This document shows positions 1-13,232 of a stretch of DNA of 64,000 nt, piece by piece. The DNA lies in NCBI GenBank assembly GCA_038087875.1, contig CM075988.1:5766001-5830000 (forward strand). The letters run 5' to 3'. Position numbers and translations under genes: made by a program. Source of the stretch: Malacoraja senta (lineage: Eukaryota). The notes beneath the pieces are model-generated. The model worked only from the letters and a program-made list of their open reading frames with translations, had not been told where the DNA came from and made no database searches. Each line of letters begins with the position of its first letter. Within the stretch, counting starts at the first letter, position 1.

Positions 1-96
1 GCGTGCTAACCAGTCAGCAGAAAGGCAATACATGATTACAATAGATCCATTGCAGATACATGATAAAGGGAATGACGTTTAGTGCAAGGTTTAGTG

Positions 97-853
97 CAGG
101 GGTGGGGAACCTGTGGCCTTAAAGTGGCACGCGGCCTTCTAGGCCATTAATTGCGGCCTTTTGAATGAATCCACATTTTGTAGAAGAACTCCTTTTATTT
201 TTATTAATATGTTTTTGTTTGTCTTTTTTTAAATGAAAGTATTTTAAAATGAAAGTATTTAAAATACCAAAGAGTAAAAGAAGATTCAACGAAATTAGCA
301 TTTTTTAGCATTCAAATTAGCATTTCAACCTCACCTAGTTGATGTCTCCAAGGCTCCTAAAGAACTATAGATGGAATTGATTGAGCTCTCAGAACACATT
401 TTAAAGTCCTTATTTGACGCTAAGAAAGATCCGATTGAAATATGGAAAAATGTAATCGAATACCCACATCTTCAGCAACATGCACGAAAAATGCTTTTTT
501 GCTTTTCAACCACTTATCTACGTTCTCCTACATAACCCAAATCAAGAAGCCCTTAAGGTCACAAATGACGGACACCCATCTAGAAGATCAGCTGAAACTG
601 CGTACCTCCATGTTGCAACCAAATACTCAAATACTTTCCCACAAAAGGCAGTCACAACAAAGTCATTTAAAGGTTAGTTCACTTTAGAATTAACAGATTT
701 TTTCATTTTCTTGAAGTTAGTACACAGTAGTTAGATTTTTACAAAATAATGTACATTTTGAAGTATATCTAATTGAAGTTTCTTGGATGCGGCCTTGTTA
801 GATTACAGCTAATTTAATGTGGCATTCCAACATGAAAAGGATCGCCACCCCTG
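97..853 (+). mobile_element. Internally deleted hAT (Charlie/SPIN-like) DNA transposon with a transposase C-terminal remnant
   Basis: TIRs CAGGGGTGGGGAACCT...AGGATCGCCACCCCTG; imperfect 8-bp TSD GTTTAGTG/ATTTAGTC. Broken frames encode MELIELS..DPIEIWK..EYPHL..ARKMLF.FSTTY and HLEDQLKL...QSQQSH*, resembling the GTF2IRD2-type hAT dimerisation region. Confidence 0.8.
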
Positions 854-1652
854 ATTTAGTCCAAGGTAAAGTCAGCAAAGTCCAATCAAGGATAGCCTGA
901 GGGTCACCAAAGAGGTAGAAGATTCATTCCTACCTACTGCGGAGGTCCTGTTGTTGGCCTGGTCCTTTCCCGGGGCTGTGCCAGTGTGCAAGGCACGTAG
1001 CTGGATGGAAACTATGGGTTTACTCAGCTGCGTACGTTCTAATCCAGGGCACATGCCACAGTTTAAGTGGCGAGAGCACAGAGAGCCCTGTCAGAAAGGA
1101 GAATGTGTCAGCTCCAACCCATTGCACGGATTCCTTGAACAACCTACGTTGTTTATTGCCTTGGTTAGGATTATACAAAGTGATTAAAAACGGATTAAGA
1201 TAACATAAACACATTGGGAGCAGCCCACCTGAAATGGCCCCCGAACTTGCCCTTCTGCTCTGAGGTAAGACCACCATGTTCCCCATACTCCTGCTGTGTG
1301 CTGACCCCACTCGCCTGGACACTGGTCATGCTCCTGACCCACTGCTTCACACTCAAGGACTGTGTCCCCTTTACCAGCTAACCTTTAAAATAAACACCCG
1401 TCAGATGAATGAATTTCACCAACAAATCCTGCACAAACTCCAGAGGACTTTTCGCGGTGGGATGCCAATATCTCAGAACCAAATCTCCGCGTGTTTTATT
1501 CTGCTAGAGAGTCAACATGTGGGTAATCCTTTCAAATGCCTGTATTGTCAACATTGCTGATGGAGGTGAATTATTCAAAATCCAAAGTTCTGGCAGAGGT
1601 TGTCAGGGAGATTGCTGATGGCCACAGCCAAGGGACATGGCTTTCATTAGAT

Positions 1653-1867
1653 GTGTAGGGAAGAACTGCAGATACTGGTTTAAATCGAAGATCAACACAA
1701 AATGCTGGAGTAACTCAGGCATCATCTCCAGAGAAAAGGAATGGGTGACGTTTCGTGCCGAGACCCTTCTTCAGACTGAAGAAGGGTCTCGCCCCGAAAT
1801 GTCACCCATTCCTTTCCAGTGATGCTGCCTGTCCCGCTGAGTTACTCCAGCATTTTGCGTCTATCTT
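1653..1867. repeat. Palindromic Penelope-terminus-derived repeat carrying hammerhead-like cores (representative of dozens of copies or half-copies)
   Basis: Arms AAATGCTGGAGTAACTCAG...CTGAGTTACTCCAGCATTT centred on TCTTCAGACTGAAGA. The same sequence terminates the Penelope GIY-YIG fragments at about 4205-4275 and 16800-16895. Confidence 0.75.
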
Positions 1868-2469
1868 TGGCTTTCATTGGAAATATTTCTTAAGCCAAAA
1901 TACCCAGCAAAGCTCCCATAGTGAGATGGAATAGGCAGATGCATCGAGGCAGAGATTGGAACGTTATAACAGACCCATAACTATGCCTGGATCTTATGGT
2001 CCCAAAGGAGTGGTCTAACCAATACTTTATACTTACTATCATTGCTTGCTTTTTAGAATAATTGCTTGAAGATTTCAAAAGGCAACAATGATAATGAGAA
2101 AGTATAAAGTATTGGTTAGACGGCTGTTTAAAGATTACTGACATTTGATAAAAACCTCTTACTGTAACAACATTTAAAAGACAATTGGACAGATACATGG
2201 ATAGGACAGGTTTAGATGGAGATGGTATAACGCGGGTAGGTGAGACTTATGTAGATGGGGTATCTTGGTCAACATGGGCAAGTTGGGCTTGTTTTCCATG
2301 CCGTATGACTCTATAACTATGACTCTTCATGGAAGGCTATATTAATTCATGTCTAAGGCCAGTGAAATAATGCCATACATGAGAGAATATAGAAATCAAA
2401 AAAGGATGGATATATTTGTTGGAACAGGAAATATTTAAAGGAGAGTTAGTTTTGATTTAGGGCACACAG

Positions 2470-2770
2470 TGGCACGGTGGCGCAGTGGTAGAGCTACTGC
2501 CTCACAGCGCCAGAGACCCGGGTTCGATCCTGACTTCGGGTGCTGTCTGTACGGAGTTTGTACGTTCTCCCCGTGACCTGCGTGTGTTTTCTGCAAGATC
2601 TTCGGTTTCCTCCCACACTCCAAAGACATACAGGTTAATTGGCTTGGTATCAATGTAAATTGTCCTTAGTTTGTGTGTATGGTGGTGTTAATGTTGCAGG
2701 GATCGCACAGATTCGGTGGGCTGAAGGACCTTTTTTTTTGCGCTGTATCTCTAAACTAACCTAAACTAAA
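2470..2770 (+). mobile_element. tRNA-derived SINE (V-SINE/HE1-like); many further copies, e.g. 2775-3075, 14640-14918(-), 17700-18000, 22295-22530, 27993-28190, 55765-56068
   Basis: A box TGGCGCAGTGG, B box GGTTCGATCC, conserved central domain GTACGGAGTTTGTACGTTCTCCCCGTG, CR1-like 3' end and (CTAAA)n tail. Confidence 0.85.
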
Positions 2771-3729
2771 TAGTAGCACTGCTGGTAGAGCTGCTGTCTC
2801 ATAATGCCAGAGTCCCAGGTTTGATCCTGAGCTCCTGCTGTCTGTGTGGAGGTTGCACGTTATCCCTGTGACCACATGGTTTTCTTCCGGGTGCTCTGGT
2901 TTCCTCCCACATCCCAAAGATGTGCAGGTTTATAGATTAATTGCCGTCTGTGAATTGCCTCTATGTGTAGGGAGTGGATGAGAAAGTGCGATAACATAGA
3001 ATTAGTGTGAATCGGTGATCGATGGTCAGCGTGGACTCAATGGGCCGAAGGGCCTGTTCCCATGCTATATCTTTCATTTCATTTTTTTAATTTATGAACA
3101 GTTTTCACAAGGTAAATAATGAAGGATAATAATTATTTTCACTGAAGGTAGACATAAAAAGCTGGAGTAACACAGCGGGTCCGACAGCATCTCTGGAGAA
3201 AAGTAACAAGTGACATTTCGAGTTGCAACTCTTCTTCAGACTGCGAGTCAGGGGAGAGGGAAATGAGAGATTATAGACAATATAGGGAGATATCGAACAA
3301 AGATATGCAAAAAAGTAACGATGATAAAGGAAACAGGCCATTGTTAGCTGTGGGCTACGATAACATCGGCCATTCTTTCTCTCCAGAGATGCTGCCTGTC
3401 CCGCTAGGCTACTCCAGCATTTTGTGCCCACCAACTATTTTAACTGGCTTGTTATGAAAACTATGTAGGTCCATATTCTCGGAGCTGCAGTATCGCTGTC
3501 ACAGTGGAAACCTAAAGGTAAATTACTTGTTTGAGCAGTTAAATAAGATAAGGAGTGGATCTCAAGGTAAAAGGAAAACCTTATATACATGCAGACAAAA
3601 ATGCTGGAGAAACTCAGCGGGTGAGGCAGCATCTATGGAGCGAAGGAAATAGGCAACGTTTCGGCCCGAAAACGTTGCCTATTTCCTTCGCTCCATAGAT
3701 GCTGGAGCGAATGGAGTCGAGGGGGGAGG

Positions 3730-4275
3730 TGACTCCATTCAAGGACCTAAGCAGTCGTTCCAGGTGCGACAGAGGTTCACCTGCATCTCCTCTAACCTCA
3801 TCTATTGCATCCGCTGCTCTAGATGTCAGCTGATCTACATCGGTGAGACCAAGCGGAGGCTTGGCGATCGTTTCGCCGAACACCTCCGGTCGGTCCGCAA
3901 TAACCAACCTGACCTCCCGGTGGCTCAGCACTTCAACTCCCCCTCCCATTCCGTATCTGACCTCTCTGTCCTGGGTCTCCTCCATGGCCACAGCGAGCAA
4001 CACTGGAAATTGGAGGAAATGCACCTCATATTCCGCTTGGGCAGTCTACATCCTGGGGGCATGAACATAGAATTCTCCCAATTTTGCTAGCCCTTGCTGT
4101 CTCCTCCCCTTCATCAGCCCTCAGGGTGTCTCCTCCCACCCCCCAGCCCTCGGGCTCCTCCTCTGCCTTTTTTCCTTTTTTCCTGTCTTCTCCCCACCCC
4201 CTATCAGTCTGAAGAAGGGTTTTGGCCCGAAACGTTGCCTATTTCCTTCACTCCATAGATGCTGCTGCACCTGCT
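3730..4275 (+). mobile_element. Penelope-like element 3' fragment (GIY-YIG endonuclease plus terminal repeat)
   Basis: ORF 3764-4090 reads NLIYCIRCSRCQLIYIGETKRRLGDRFAEH...E...GMN, the GIY-YIG motif of Penelope elements. Confidence 0.9.
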
Positions 4276-4289
4276 GAATTTCAATTTTA

Positions 4290-6775
4290 CACACATAGAC
4301 TGGGAAACACATTCTGTAAAAGGGCTGGATGGTTTGGAGTTTGTAAAATGTGTGCAAGATAGTTTTTGCAGCAATACATAGAGGTACCTACTAGAGAAGG
4401 GGCAGTGCTGGACCTCCTGTTAGGAAATGAGACAGGGCAGGTGGCGGAGGTATGCGTCGGGGAGCACTTCGGGTCCAGTGATCACAATACCATTAGTTTC
4501 AATATAATTATGGAGAGGGTCAGAACTGGACCTAGGTTTGAGATTTTTGATTGGAGAAAGGCTAACTTTGAGGAGATGCGAAAGGATTTAAAAGGAGTGA
4601 ATTGGGACATGTTGTTTTATGGGAAGGATGTAGAAGAAAAATGGAGGACATTTAAGGGTGAAATTTTAAGAGTACAGAATCTTTATGTCCCTGTTCGGTT
4701 GAAAGGAAATAGTAAAAAAAGGAAAGAGCCATGGTTTTCAAGGGAAATTGGACACTTGGTTCGGAAAAAGAGAGAGATCTACAATAATTATAGGCAGCAT
4801 GGAGTAAATGAGGTGCTTGAGGAGTATAAAGAATGTAAAAAGAATATTAAGAAAGAAATTAGAAAAGCTAAAAGAAGATATGAGGTTGCTTTGGCAAGTA
4901 AGGTGAAAGTAAATCCAAAGGGTTTCTACACCTATATTAATAGCGAAAGGATAACAAGGAATAAAATTGGTCCATTAGAGAGTCAGAGTGGACAGCTATC
5001 TGCAGAGCCAAAAGAGATGGGGGAGATATTGAACAATTTCTTTTCTTCGGTATTCACCAAGGAGAAGGATATGGAATTATGTGAGGTAAGGGAAACAAGT
5101 AGAGTAGCAATGGAAACTGTGAGATTCAAAGAAGAGGAGGTGCGGTCACTTTTGAAAAATATGAAAACGGATACGTCTCCAGGTCCTGACAGGATATTCC
5201 CTAGGACATTGAAGGAAGTTAGTGTAGAGATAGCAGGGGCTATGACAGAAATATTTCAAATGTCATTAGAAACGGGAATAGTGCCGGAGGATTGGCGTAC
5301 TGCGCATGTTGTTCCGTTGTTTAAAAAGGGTTCGAAGAGTAAACCTAGCAATTATAGACCTGTTAGTTTGACGTCAGTGGTGGGCAAATTAATGGAAAGG
5401 ATACTTAAAGATAATATATATAAGCATCTGGATAAGCAGGGTCTGATTAGGAACAGTCAACGTGGATTTGTGCCTGGAAGGTCATGCTTGACTAATCTTC
5501 TTGAATTTTTCGAAGAGGTTACTAGGGAAATTGATGAGGGTAAAGCAGTGGATGTTGTCTATATGGACTTCAGTAAGGCCTTTGACAAGGTTCCTCATGG
5601 AAGGTTGGTTAAGAAGATTCAATTGTTGGGTATTAATGGTGGAGTAGCAAGATGGATTCAACAGTGGCTGAATGGGAGATGCCAGAGAGTAATGGTGGAT
5701 GGCTGTTTGTCAGGTTGGAGGCCGGTGATTAGTGGGGTGCCTCAGGGGTCTGTGTTGGGTCCACTGTTGTTTGTCATGTACATCAATGATCTGGATGATG
5801 GTGTGGAAAATTGGATTAGTAAGTATGCAGATGATACTAAGATAGGTGGTGTTGTGGATAATGAAGTAGATTTTCAAAGTCGACAGAGAGATTTAGGCCA
5901 TTTGGAAGAGTGGGCTGAAAGATGGCAGATGGAGTTTAATGCTGACAAATGTGAGGTGCTACATCTCGGCAGGACAAATCAAAATAGGACCTACATGGTA
6001 AATGGTTGCGAATTGAGGAATGCAGTTGAACAGAGGGATATAGGAATAACTGTGCATAGTTCCCTGAAGGTGGAATCTCATGTAGATAGGGTGGTAAAGA
6101 AAGCTTTTGGTGTGCTGGCCTTTATAAATCAGAGCATTGAATATAGAAGTTGGGATGTAATGTTAAAATTGTACAAGGCATTGGTGAGGCCAATTCTGGA
6201 GTATGGAGTACAATTTTGGTCGCCTAATTATAGGAAGGATGTCAACAAAATAGAGAGTACAGAGGAGATTTACTAGAATGTTGCCTGGGTTTCAGCAACT
6301 AAGTTACAGAGAAAGGTTGAACAAGTTAGGTCTTTATTCTTTGGAGCGCAGAAGGTTAAGAGGGGACTTGATAGAGGTCTTTAAAATTATGAGCGGGTTA
6401 GACAGAGTGGACGTGGATAAGCTTTTCCCATTGAGAGTAGGGAAGATTCAAACAAGGGGACATGACTTGAGAATTAAGGGACAGACGTTTAGGGGGAACT
6501 TCTTTACTCAGAGAGTGGTAGCTGTGTGGAATGAGCTTCCAGTGGAAGTGGTGGAGGCAGGTTCGATGTTATCCTTTAAAAATAGATTGGATGAGTATAT
6601 GGACGGGAAAGGAATGGAGGGTTATGGTCTGAGTGCAGGTAGATGGGACTAGGGGGAAGTATTTATTTATATTTAAAAAATTAAAAAATAAAAAATAAAA
6701 AATAAAATGTTCGGCACGGACTTGAAGGGCCGAGATGGTCTGTTTCCGTGCTGTTATGGTTATATGGTTATAAAC
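4290..6775 (+). mobile_element. 5'-truncated CR1 LINE with a long open ORF2 (end of endonuclease plus reverse transcriptase)
   Basis: 636-aa ORF 4366-6276 with LDLLL, GSSDH, SPGPD, NYRPVSLTS, YMDFSKAFDKV, GVPQGSVLGP and YADD; frameshifted continuation 6278-6652 with LERRRLRGDLIE; CR1-type 3' UTR. Confidence 0.95.
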
Positions 6776-6859
6776 ACCAATCAATATAGAAAAAAAAAGA
6801 AAAAAAAAAAATAAGGAATGTCACATAAAACATTAAACATTAATAATAAAACATTATTG

Positions 6860-7340
6860 ATTAAACATGTGAAATAAAAAAAATACCAGAGCATAAGGAG
6901 GCTACATATTTTTGGCTATTGAGTAGAGCTACTACTCGTGGGAAAAAAGCTGTTTTTATGTCTGGCTGTGGCCTTACAGAGGGAAGTGATTCAAAGGGTT
7001 TGTGGCCATGGTGAGAGGGGACAGAGATGATCTTACCCGCTCGCTTCCTGGCCCTTGCAGTGTACAGTTCGTCAATGGAGGGACGATTGCAGCCAATAAC
7101 CTTCTCAGCTGATCGGACGATTCGGGTGTCATGCCTCCGGGTGTCATGCTTGGTGGCTGAGCCAAACCAGACCATGATGGAGAAGGTGAGGACAGACTCT
7201 ACGATGGCGGTATAGAATTGGTCCACCATTGCCTGTGGCAGATTGTGCTTCCTCAGCTGCCACAGGAAGTACATCCTCTGTTGGGCCTTTTCACTGTGGA
7301 GTCTATGGTAGCCCCCCATTTAAGGTCCTTGGAGATGATG
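6860..7340 (-). mobile_element. Rex1/Babar-like LINE 3' fragment (second near-identical copy at 10646-11005)
   Basis: KAQQRMYFL.QLRK..L....FYTAIVESVLTFSIMVWFG...RIVRSAEKVIG is the typical Rex1-type ORF C-terminus. Confidence 0.75.
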
Positions 7341-8348
7341 GTTCCCAGGAACTTAAAAGCCTCCAAAAATCTATGTATTTAAATGTATTGAATATACAGA
7401 TTGACAGGTTCTTGATTAGTAGGGGCATCAAAGGTTACGTGGAGAAGGCAGGAGAATGGGGTTGAGAGAGCAAAATGGATCAGCGATGGTGGATTGGAGG
7501 AGTAAAATTGAAGGGCTGAACGGGCTAATTCTGCTCTGATGTCATATTGTCTTATTATGTAAAATGGAGCATGGGGAGTGTGGAGTTTGTTGTGCCCTAT
7601 GTTTCAACACTACTATGCACACCCAACACTGGCTAATCTGTGCAGGTTGAATATATGCGCCCTTTGTAAACGCCCTTTATGGACGACTATTTGCATACCT
7701 TGTGTATGCACGCAGAGAATTTCACCGTGACTTGTCACACGTGACAATAAAGTATTCCATTGAATTCACTTGCAGGGCGTGGTGGAGATGCCTCTCAAAC
7801 AAGAGAAGGGATATCACCAAAGGGAAAGCGATATCACCAAAGGGGGCCACATGAGTGGCAAAGGTATGGGGTAAAATTATCAAAACACTACGTAACGACA
7901 CATTGAATGTATGTATGGCCTCCGATAATGTCAGAATAAATTTTTGCACAGTACCTGTTTTGCTTTTTTTTTACACTGATTTTTGATTTTTTTAAAATAT
8001 ATCTTCACTCCAAATCTTTATTAGCCTGTATGCCAACTGTAAGGAGGGCACAGCTGCTGGGCACCGAGCAGATATCTGGGAGCATACCTTGGCATCTGTG
8101 TTAAAACCAGCTGATGAATTGTTTTAACATCACTTGGCTATGAACACTGGAGACACAGGCATTGCTCACTTGTGTAGTCCCTGGAAGCACATTGATACTA
8201 CTCCCTCCCTCACCCCAATTAAGGTCATAAGGTCATAAGTGTTAGGAGCAGAATTAGGCCATTCAGCCCATCAAGTTTATTCCGCCATTCAATCATGGGT
8301 GATCTATCTCTTGCTCCTAACCTCAATCTCCTGCTTTCTCCCCATAAC

Positions 8349-9356
8349 GGCCCGGAAGTGGCGGCACGGCCCTGGCTGCAGCGGCTCATCGGCAGTCCCG
8401 TTTGTTTGTGTTTTTTGTGTTGTTTATTTTGTTTTGGTTAGTCTAGTTTTTGGTTTTTAGTTTGTGTTTTGGGGGGGTGGGGGGTTGAAACGGGGTTTGC
8501 AGTCTCTCCCTGCGGGGGAATGCGACTTTTTTGTCGTATTCCCCTTCTCTGCCTCCGTCTGCGCTGAGGCCTAATGGAGCTGATGACCTCGAGGCTCCGG
8601 AGGCAGAGCCCGTCAGGACTCACTCGCCCTGAGCTAGCTCGCTCCCGTGAGGGTGGTCTGGCTCAGGGCTGGAACAGTGCTCCCGTGAGAGGTTGTGGAC
8701 AGCGCTCTCGTGAGGGCGTGAGGGCGGGCGGCCAGCCCAAGGGTGGAACGAGGCTCCCGTTGGAGCGGCCGAGCTCGAGGAGGTGCGGTGCTCGCAGCCC
8801 GAGGGAGGTTCGGCGCCCTTGTCGGGGCGGCCCGGCCAGGGGAAGAAGCGACGCCCATGTCGGGGCGGCCCGGCCCGGGAAGAAGCGACGCCCATGTCGG
8901 GGCGGCCCGGCCCGGGGAAGGTTCGGCGCCCATGTCGGGGCGGCCCAGCCCGAGGCTGAAGATGGCACAGTACTCACGTGAGGGTGGCTGGGACGGTGTT
9001 CTGGCGGTGGTGGCCTGAGTCCGGGGTTCGGCCGCGGGCCAGCGGCTGCGTCTGCAGGACTGGTGGGCGGCAGCTTCGACCACCCCGGGCCGCGGTGTTT
9101 GAGCCGCGGGACTGATTATAACATCACCCGGGGGTTATCGCCTCAGCGCAGAGGGAGAAGAGGAGGGAAGAGACTGCAGACCTAAGACTTTTGCATCCAT
9201 CACAGTGAGGAGATGCTGGGTGGACTCACTGTGGTGGATGTTAATATGTGTTTATTGTTGTTTTTATTGTATTATATGTATGACTGCTGCAATTTCGTCC
9301 AGACTTCGGTCTGAATGACAATAAAGGCATATCTAATCTAATCTATCTAATCTAAC
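8349..9356 (+). mobile_element. GC-rich non-autonomous retroelement with an internal 37-38 bp minisatellite and (ATCTA)n tail, inserted in a CR1 3' fragment
   Basis: Interrupts the CR1 tail sequence CCCCATAAC|CCCTGACACC; ends with AATAAA plus ATCTA repeats; four tandem units at about 8808-8956. Confidence 0.65.
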
Positions 9357-9850
9357 CCCTGACACCCTATCTCTGCCTTAAGAATATCAATTGACAGCCT
9401 CCACAGCCTTCAGTGGCAAAGAGTTCCATAGATTCACCACCCTCTGACTAAAGAAATTCCTCCTCATCTCCTTCCCAAAAGAACGTTCTTTAATTCTGAG
9501 GCCATGACCTCTGGTCCTAGATTCTGCCGCTGGTGGAAACATCCTCTCCACATCCACTCAATCCAAGCTTTTCACTCTACTGTAAGTTTCAATAAGGTTG
9601 CCTCTCATCCTTCTAAACTCCAGTGAATACAGGCCCAGCACCATCAAATGCTCATAATATGTTAACCCACTCATTCCTGGGATCATTCTTGTAAACCTCC
9701 TCTGGACCCTCTCCAGAGCCAGCACAACCTTCCTCAAATATGAGGCCCAATATTGCTCACAATACTCCAAATGCGGCCTGACCAGTGCTTTAGAGAGCCT
9801 CAGCATTACATCCTTGTTTTTGTATTCTAGTCCTCTTGAAATAATTCTGA
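9357..9850 (-). mobile_element. CR1 LINE 3' fragment
   Basis: ALVRPHLEYC.Q.W...LERVQRRFTRMIPG in ORF 9558-10079; continues on the other side of the insertion at 8225-8348. Confidence 0.85.
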
Positions 9851-11287
9851 CACCTTTATTGATACAATTTACGCTTTCCTCAGTTAATGGCACCTCTCTC
9901 CTCTGCCGCACTCCTCCCTCGCTGTATACAGGCCACCTTCCCTCGTCCCTCTCAGTGCCGATCCAGAGTATTGACCAGGAACCTTGATCATCAATTTGCC
10001 TCCACAAATGCTTCTCGATCCTCTGAGTTCCTCCAGCAGTTTTTATTTTGCTCCAATGCTCATCGCTGCATCTGGTCATTCAGTGTACCTGCATGAGATG
10101 CATGGTACATCAAGCTGCAGTGGCAAGGGCAGCAATGCTTACAAATCCCTGGACTAATGCAGGCACCAAGTGTATCTGCGTCACGAAACTGTCATACTTG
10201 ACAAAGGTCATGACTCATTGTTTATTAATGGTCAATGGTTCAACAGTCGACACAAAATGCTGGAGTAACTCAGCGGATCAGACAGCATCTCGAGAAAAGG
10301 AATAGGTGACGTTTTGGGTCGAGGCCTTTTCTCCAGAGATTCTGACTGATCTGCTGAGTTACTCCAGCACTTTGTGCCCATCTTTAGTATAAACCAGCAT
10401 CTGCAGTTCCTTCTTACACAATGGTTCAATGGATCTTTATTATCACATGTACCAAGGTACAGTGAAATTCTTTGCAAACAGTTCAGTAAATTATTACGGT
10501 ACATAAGCAGAAGCCCAGATTAAGTACAAAGTTTATAGAAATAGCAAACAGACCATATACAAGTGTTTTGCCGTTCTTTTCAAAGTCTAAGCTGCAGCTG
10601 GCCAGAAAGGCCATTAATTGAGTGAATGATACTCTTTATTTTACTGTGGCCATGGTGAGAGGGGACAGAGATGATCTTACCCGCTCGCTTCCTGGCCCTT
10701 GCAGTGTACAGTTCGTCAATGGAGGGAAGATTGCAGCCAATAACCTTCTCAGCTGATCGGACGATTCGTGTGTCATGCCTCCGGGTGTCATGCTTGGTGG
10801 CTGAGCCAAACCGGACCATGATGGAGAAGGTGAGGACAGACTCTACGATGGCGGTATAGAATTGGTCCACCATTGCCTGTGGCAGATTGTGCTTCCTCAG
10901 CTGCCACAGGAAGTACATCCTCTGTTGGGCCTTTTCACTGTGGAGTCGATGGTAGCCCCCCATTTAAGGTCCTTGGAGATGATGGTTCCCAGGAACTTAA
11001 AAGCCTCCAAAAATCTATGTATTTAAATGTATTGAATATACAGATTGACAGGTTCTTGATTAGTAGGGGCATCAAAGGTTACGTGGGGAAGGCAGGAGAA
11101 TGGGGTTGAGAGAGCAAAATGGATCAGCGATGGTGGATTGGTGGAGTAAAATTGAAGGGCTGAACGGGCTAATTCTGCTCTGATGTCATATGGTCTTATT
11201 ATGTAAAATGGAGCATGGGGAGTGTGGAGTTTGTTGTGCCCTATGTTTCAACACTACTATGCACACCCAACACTGGCTAATCTGTGC

Positions 11288-11487
11288 NNNNNNNNNNNNN
11301 NNNNNNNNNNNNNNNNNNNNNNNNNNNNNNNNNNNNNNNNNNNNNNNNNNNNNNNNNNNNNNNNNNNNNNNNNNNNNNNNNNNNNNNNNNNNNNNNNNNN
11401 NNNNNNNNNNNNNNNNNNNNNNNNNNNNNNNNNNNNNNNNNNNNNNNNNNNNNNNNNNNNNNNNNNNNNNNNNNNNNNNNNNNNNNN
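11288..11487. other. Assembly gap (200 N)
   Basis: Run of N. Confidence 1.
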
Positions 11488-12385
11488 CGCAAGGCTCGGT
11501 GCTGGGACCCCATTTATTTACAATATATATTAACGGTTTAGACAAAGGAATTAATTGTGACATCTTCAAGTTTGCAGATGGCACAAAGCTGGGTGGCAGT
11601 GTGAGCTGCGATGAGGATGCTATGAGGCTGCAAGGTGATTTGGATAGGTTGGGTGAGTGGGCAGATGCATGACAGATGCAGTATAATGTGGATAGATGGG
11701 AGGTTATCCACTTTGGTAGCAGATTATTATCTGAATGGTGTCAGATTAGGAAAAGAAGAGGTGCAACGAGACCTGGGTGTGCTTGTAGATCAGTCACTGA
11801 AAGCAAGCTTGCAGGTGCAGCAGGCAGAGAAGAAAGCTGGCCTTTATTGTGAGAAGATTTGAGTTTAGGAGCAAGGAGGTCCTACTGCAGTTGTACAGGG
11901 CCCTGGTGAGACCACACCTGGAGTATTGTGTGCAATTTTGGTCTCCTAATTTGAGGAAGGACATTATTGCTATTGAGGGAGTGCAGTGTAAATTCACCAG
12001 GTTAATTCCTGTGATGGCGGAACTGACATATGATGAAAGAATGGGTCGACTGAGCTTGTAAACACTGGAATTTAGAAGGATGAGGGGGATCTTATAGAAA
12101 CATATAAAATTCTTAAAGGATTGGACAGGCTGGATGCAGGAAAAATGTTCCCAATGTTGGGGGAGTCCAGAACCAGGGGTCACAGTTTAAGAATAAGAGG
12201 GAGGCCATTTAGGACTGAGATGAGGAAAGACCTCTTCATCCAGAGTTGTAAATCTGTGGAATTCACTGCCACTGAAGGCAGTGGAGGCCAATTCACTGGA
12301 TGTTTTCATGAGGAAAAAGCAGGAACAGGCTACTGATTTTAGATGATCAGGCCGAATAGCCTACTCCAACACCTATTTTTCTAAG
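11488..12385 (+). mobile_element. CR1 LINE fragment (RT C-terminal part, degenerate)
   Basis: QGSVLGP.LFTIYIN.L...KFADGTK and LYRALVRPHLEYCVQFWSP. Confidence 0.9.
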
Positions 12386-13232
12386 TTTCTACACCCTCCG
12401 TAACAAATAACGCAACACCCCCTCCTCTTTTACCCTCGCCCCTGTCCCTCCTGAAGCACCTGGAACATTGGGCTGCCAGTCCTGCCCCTCTCGTAACCAG
12501 GTCCCAGGTGTGTTGTCACGGTGCGCCATCTGCAGGCCCTTGAAGTCACTGCAGACATTGATATTTTGCTGCTCAACTCGGGTCGGTTGGATGCGGCACT
12601 GAGTTTGCTGATGTCTCCAGTCGATTGTTGTGGTCACCAGCGGAGTGAGCAGCTGGGAGGTCCCAGCGACGGTGGGAGCGGACAGAAACCGGACAGCTTT
12701 TCCTCAGAGCTAAGGGTGCTCATCGCTCCATCGAGGGTAGTGTCTTCACATCTTGCATTCATAATGAGGAGATCCTTCCCATAGCCCCATCTCCAACCCA
12801 ATACCACCCACATTACCACACCCATTACCCTCACGTTCCCACCCCAGATCCATCACCACCCACGTCCCACACCGGCATCACACAGCACCTGCATTTCTCA
12901 CCACCCACATTCCCCACCCACCTCATTACCCCGACCATGCATGTATATATAAACAATATATTTATGTCTGTAAACAAAACAAATAAACCACCAATAATAG
13001 TGCAAGGACAAAAATAATGCCCCCAAGTCTATGTAGTTCGGAGCCTATTTAGAGGTTGTTATGTTTAATAGCCTGATGGCTGTAGGGAAGAAGCTTTTAC
13101 CTGAACCTGGACAATTTTCCTGTACCTTCTTCCCGATGGCAGGGGTGAGATGAGTGTGTGGCCTCTTTGTAGGTGTAGGTCTCTGATGATGCAGGTCTCT
13201 GATGATGCTGGCTGCCTTTTTGAGGCAGCAAC

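Noticed and set aside
2470..2545. tRNA genes at A/B-box sequences
   Set aside because: They are SINE heads followed by SINE body and tail, with no full cloverleaf.
8808..8956. Four GC-rich units of about 37 bp resembling a CRISPR array
   Set aside because: Units are contiguous with no unique spacers, the context is eukaryotic and there are no cas genes. It is a minisatellite.
11186..11672. ORFs with X runs
   Set aside because: Artefacts of the N gap.
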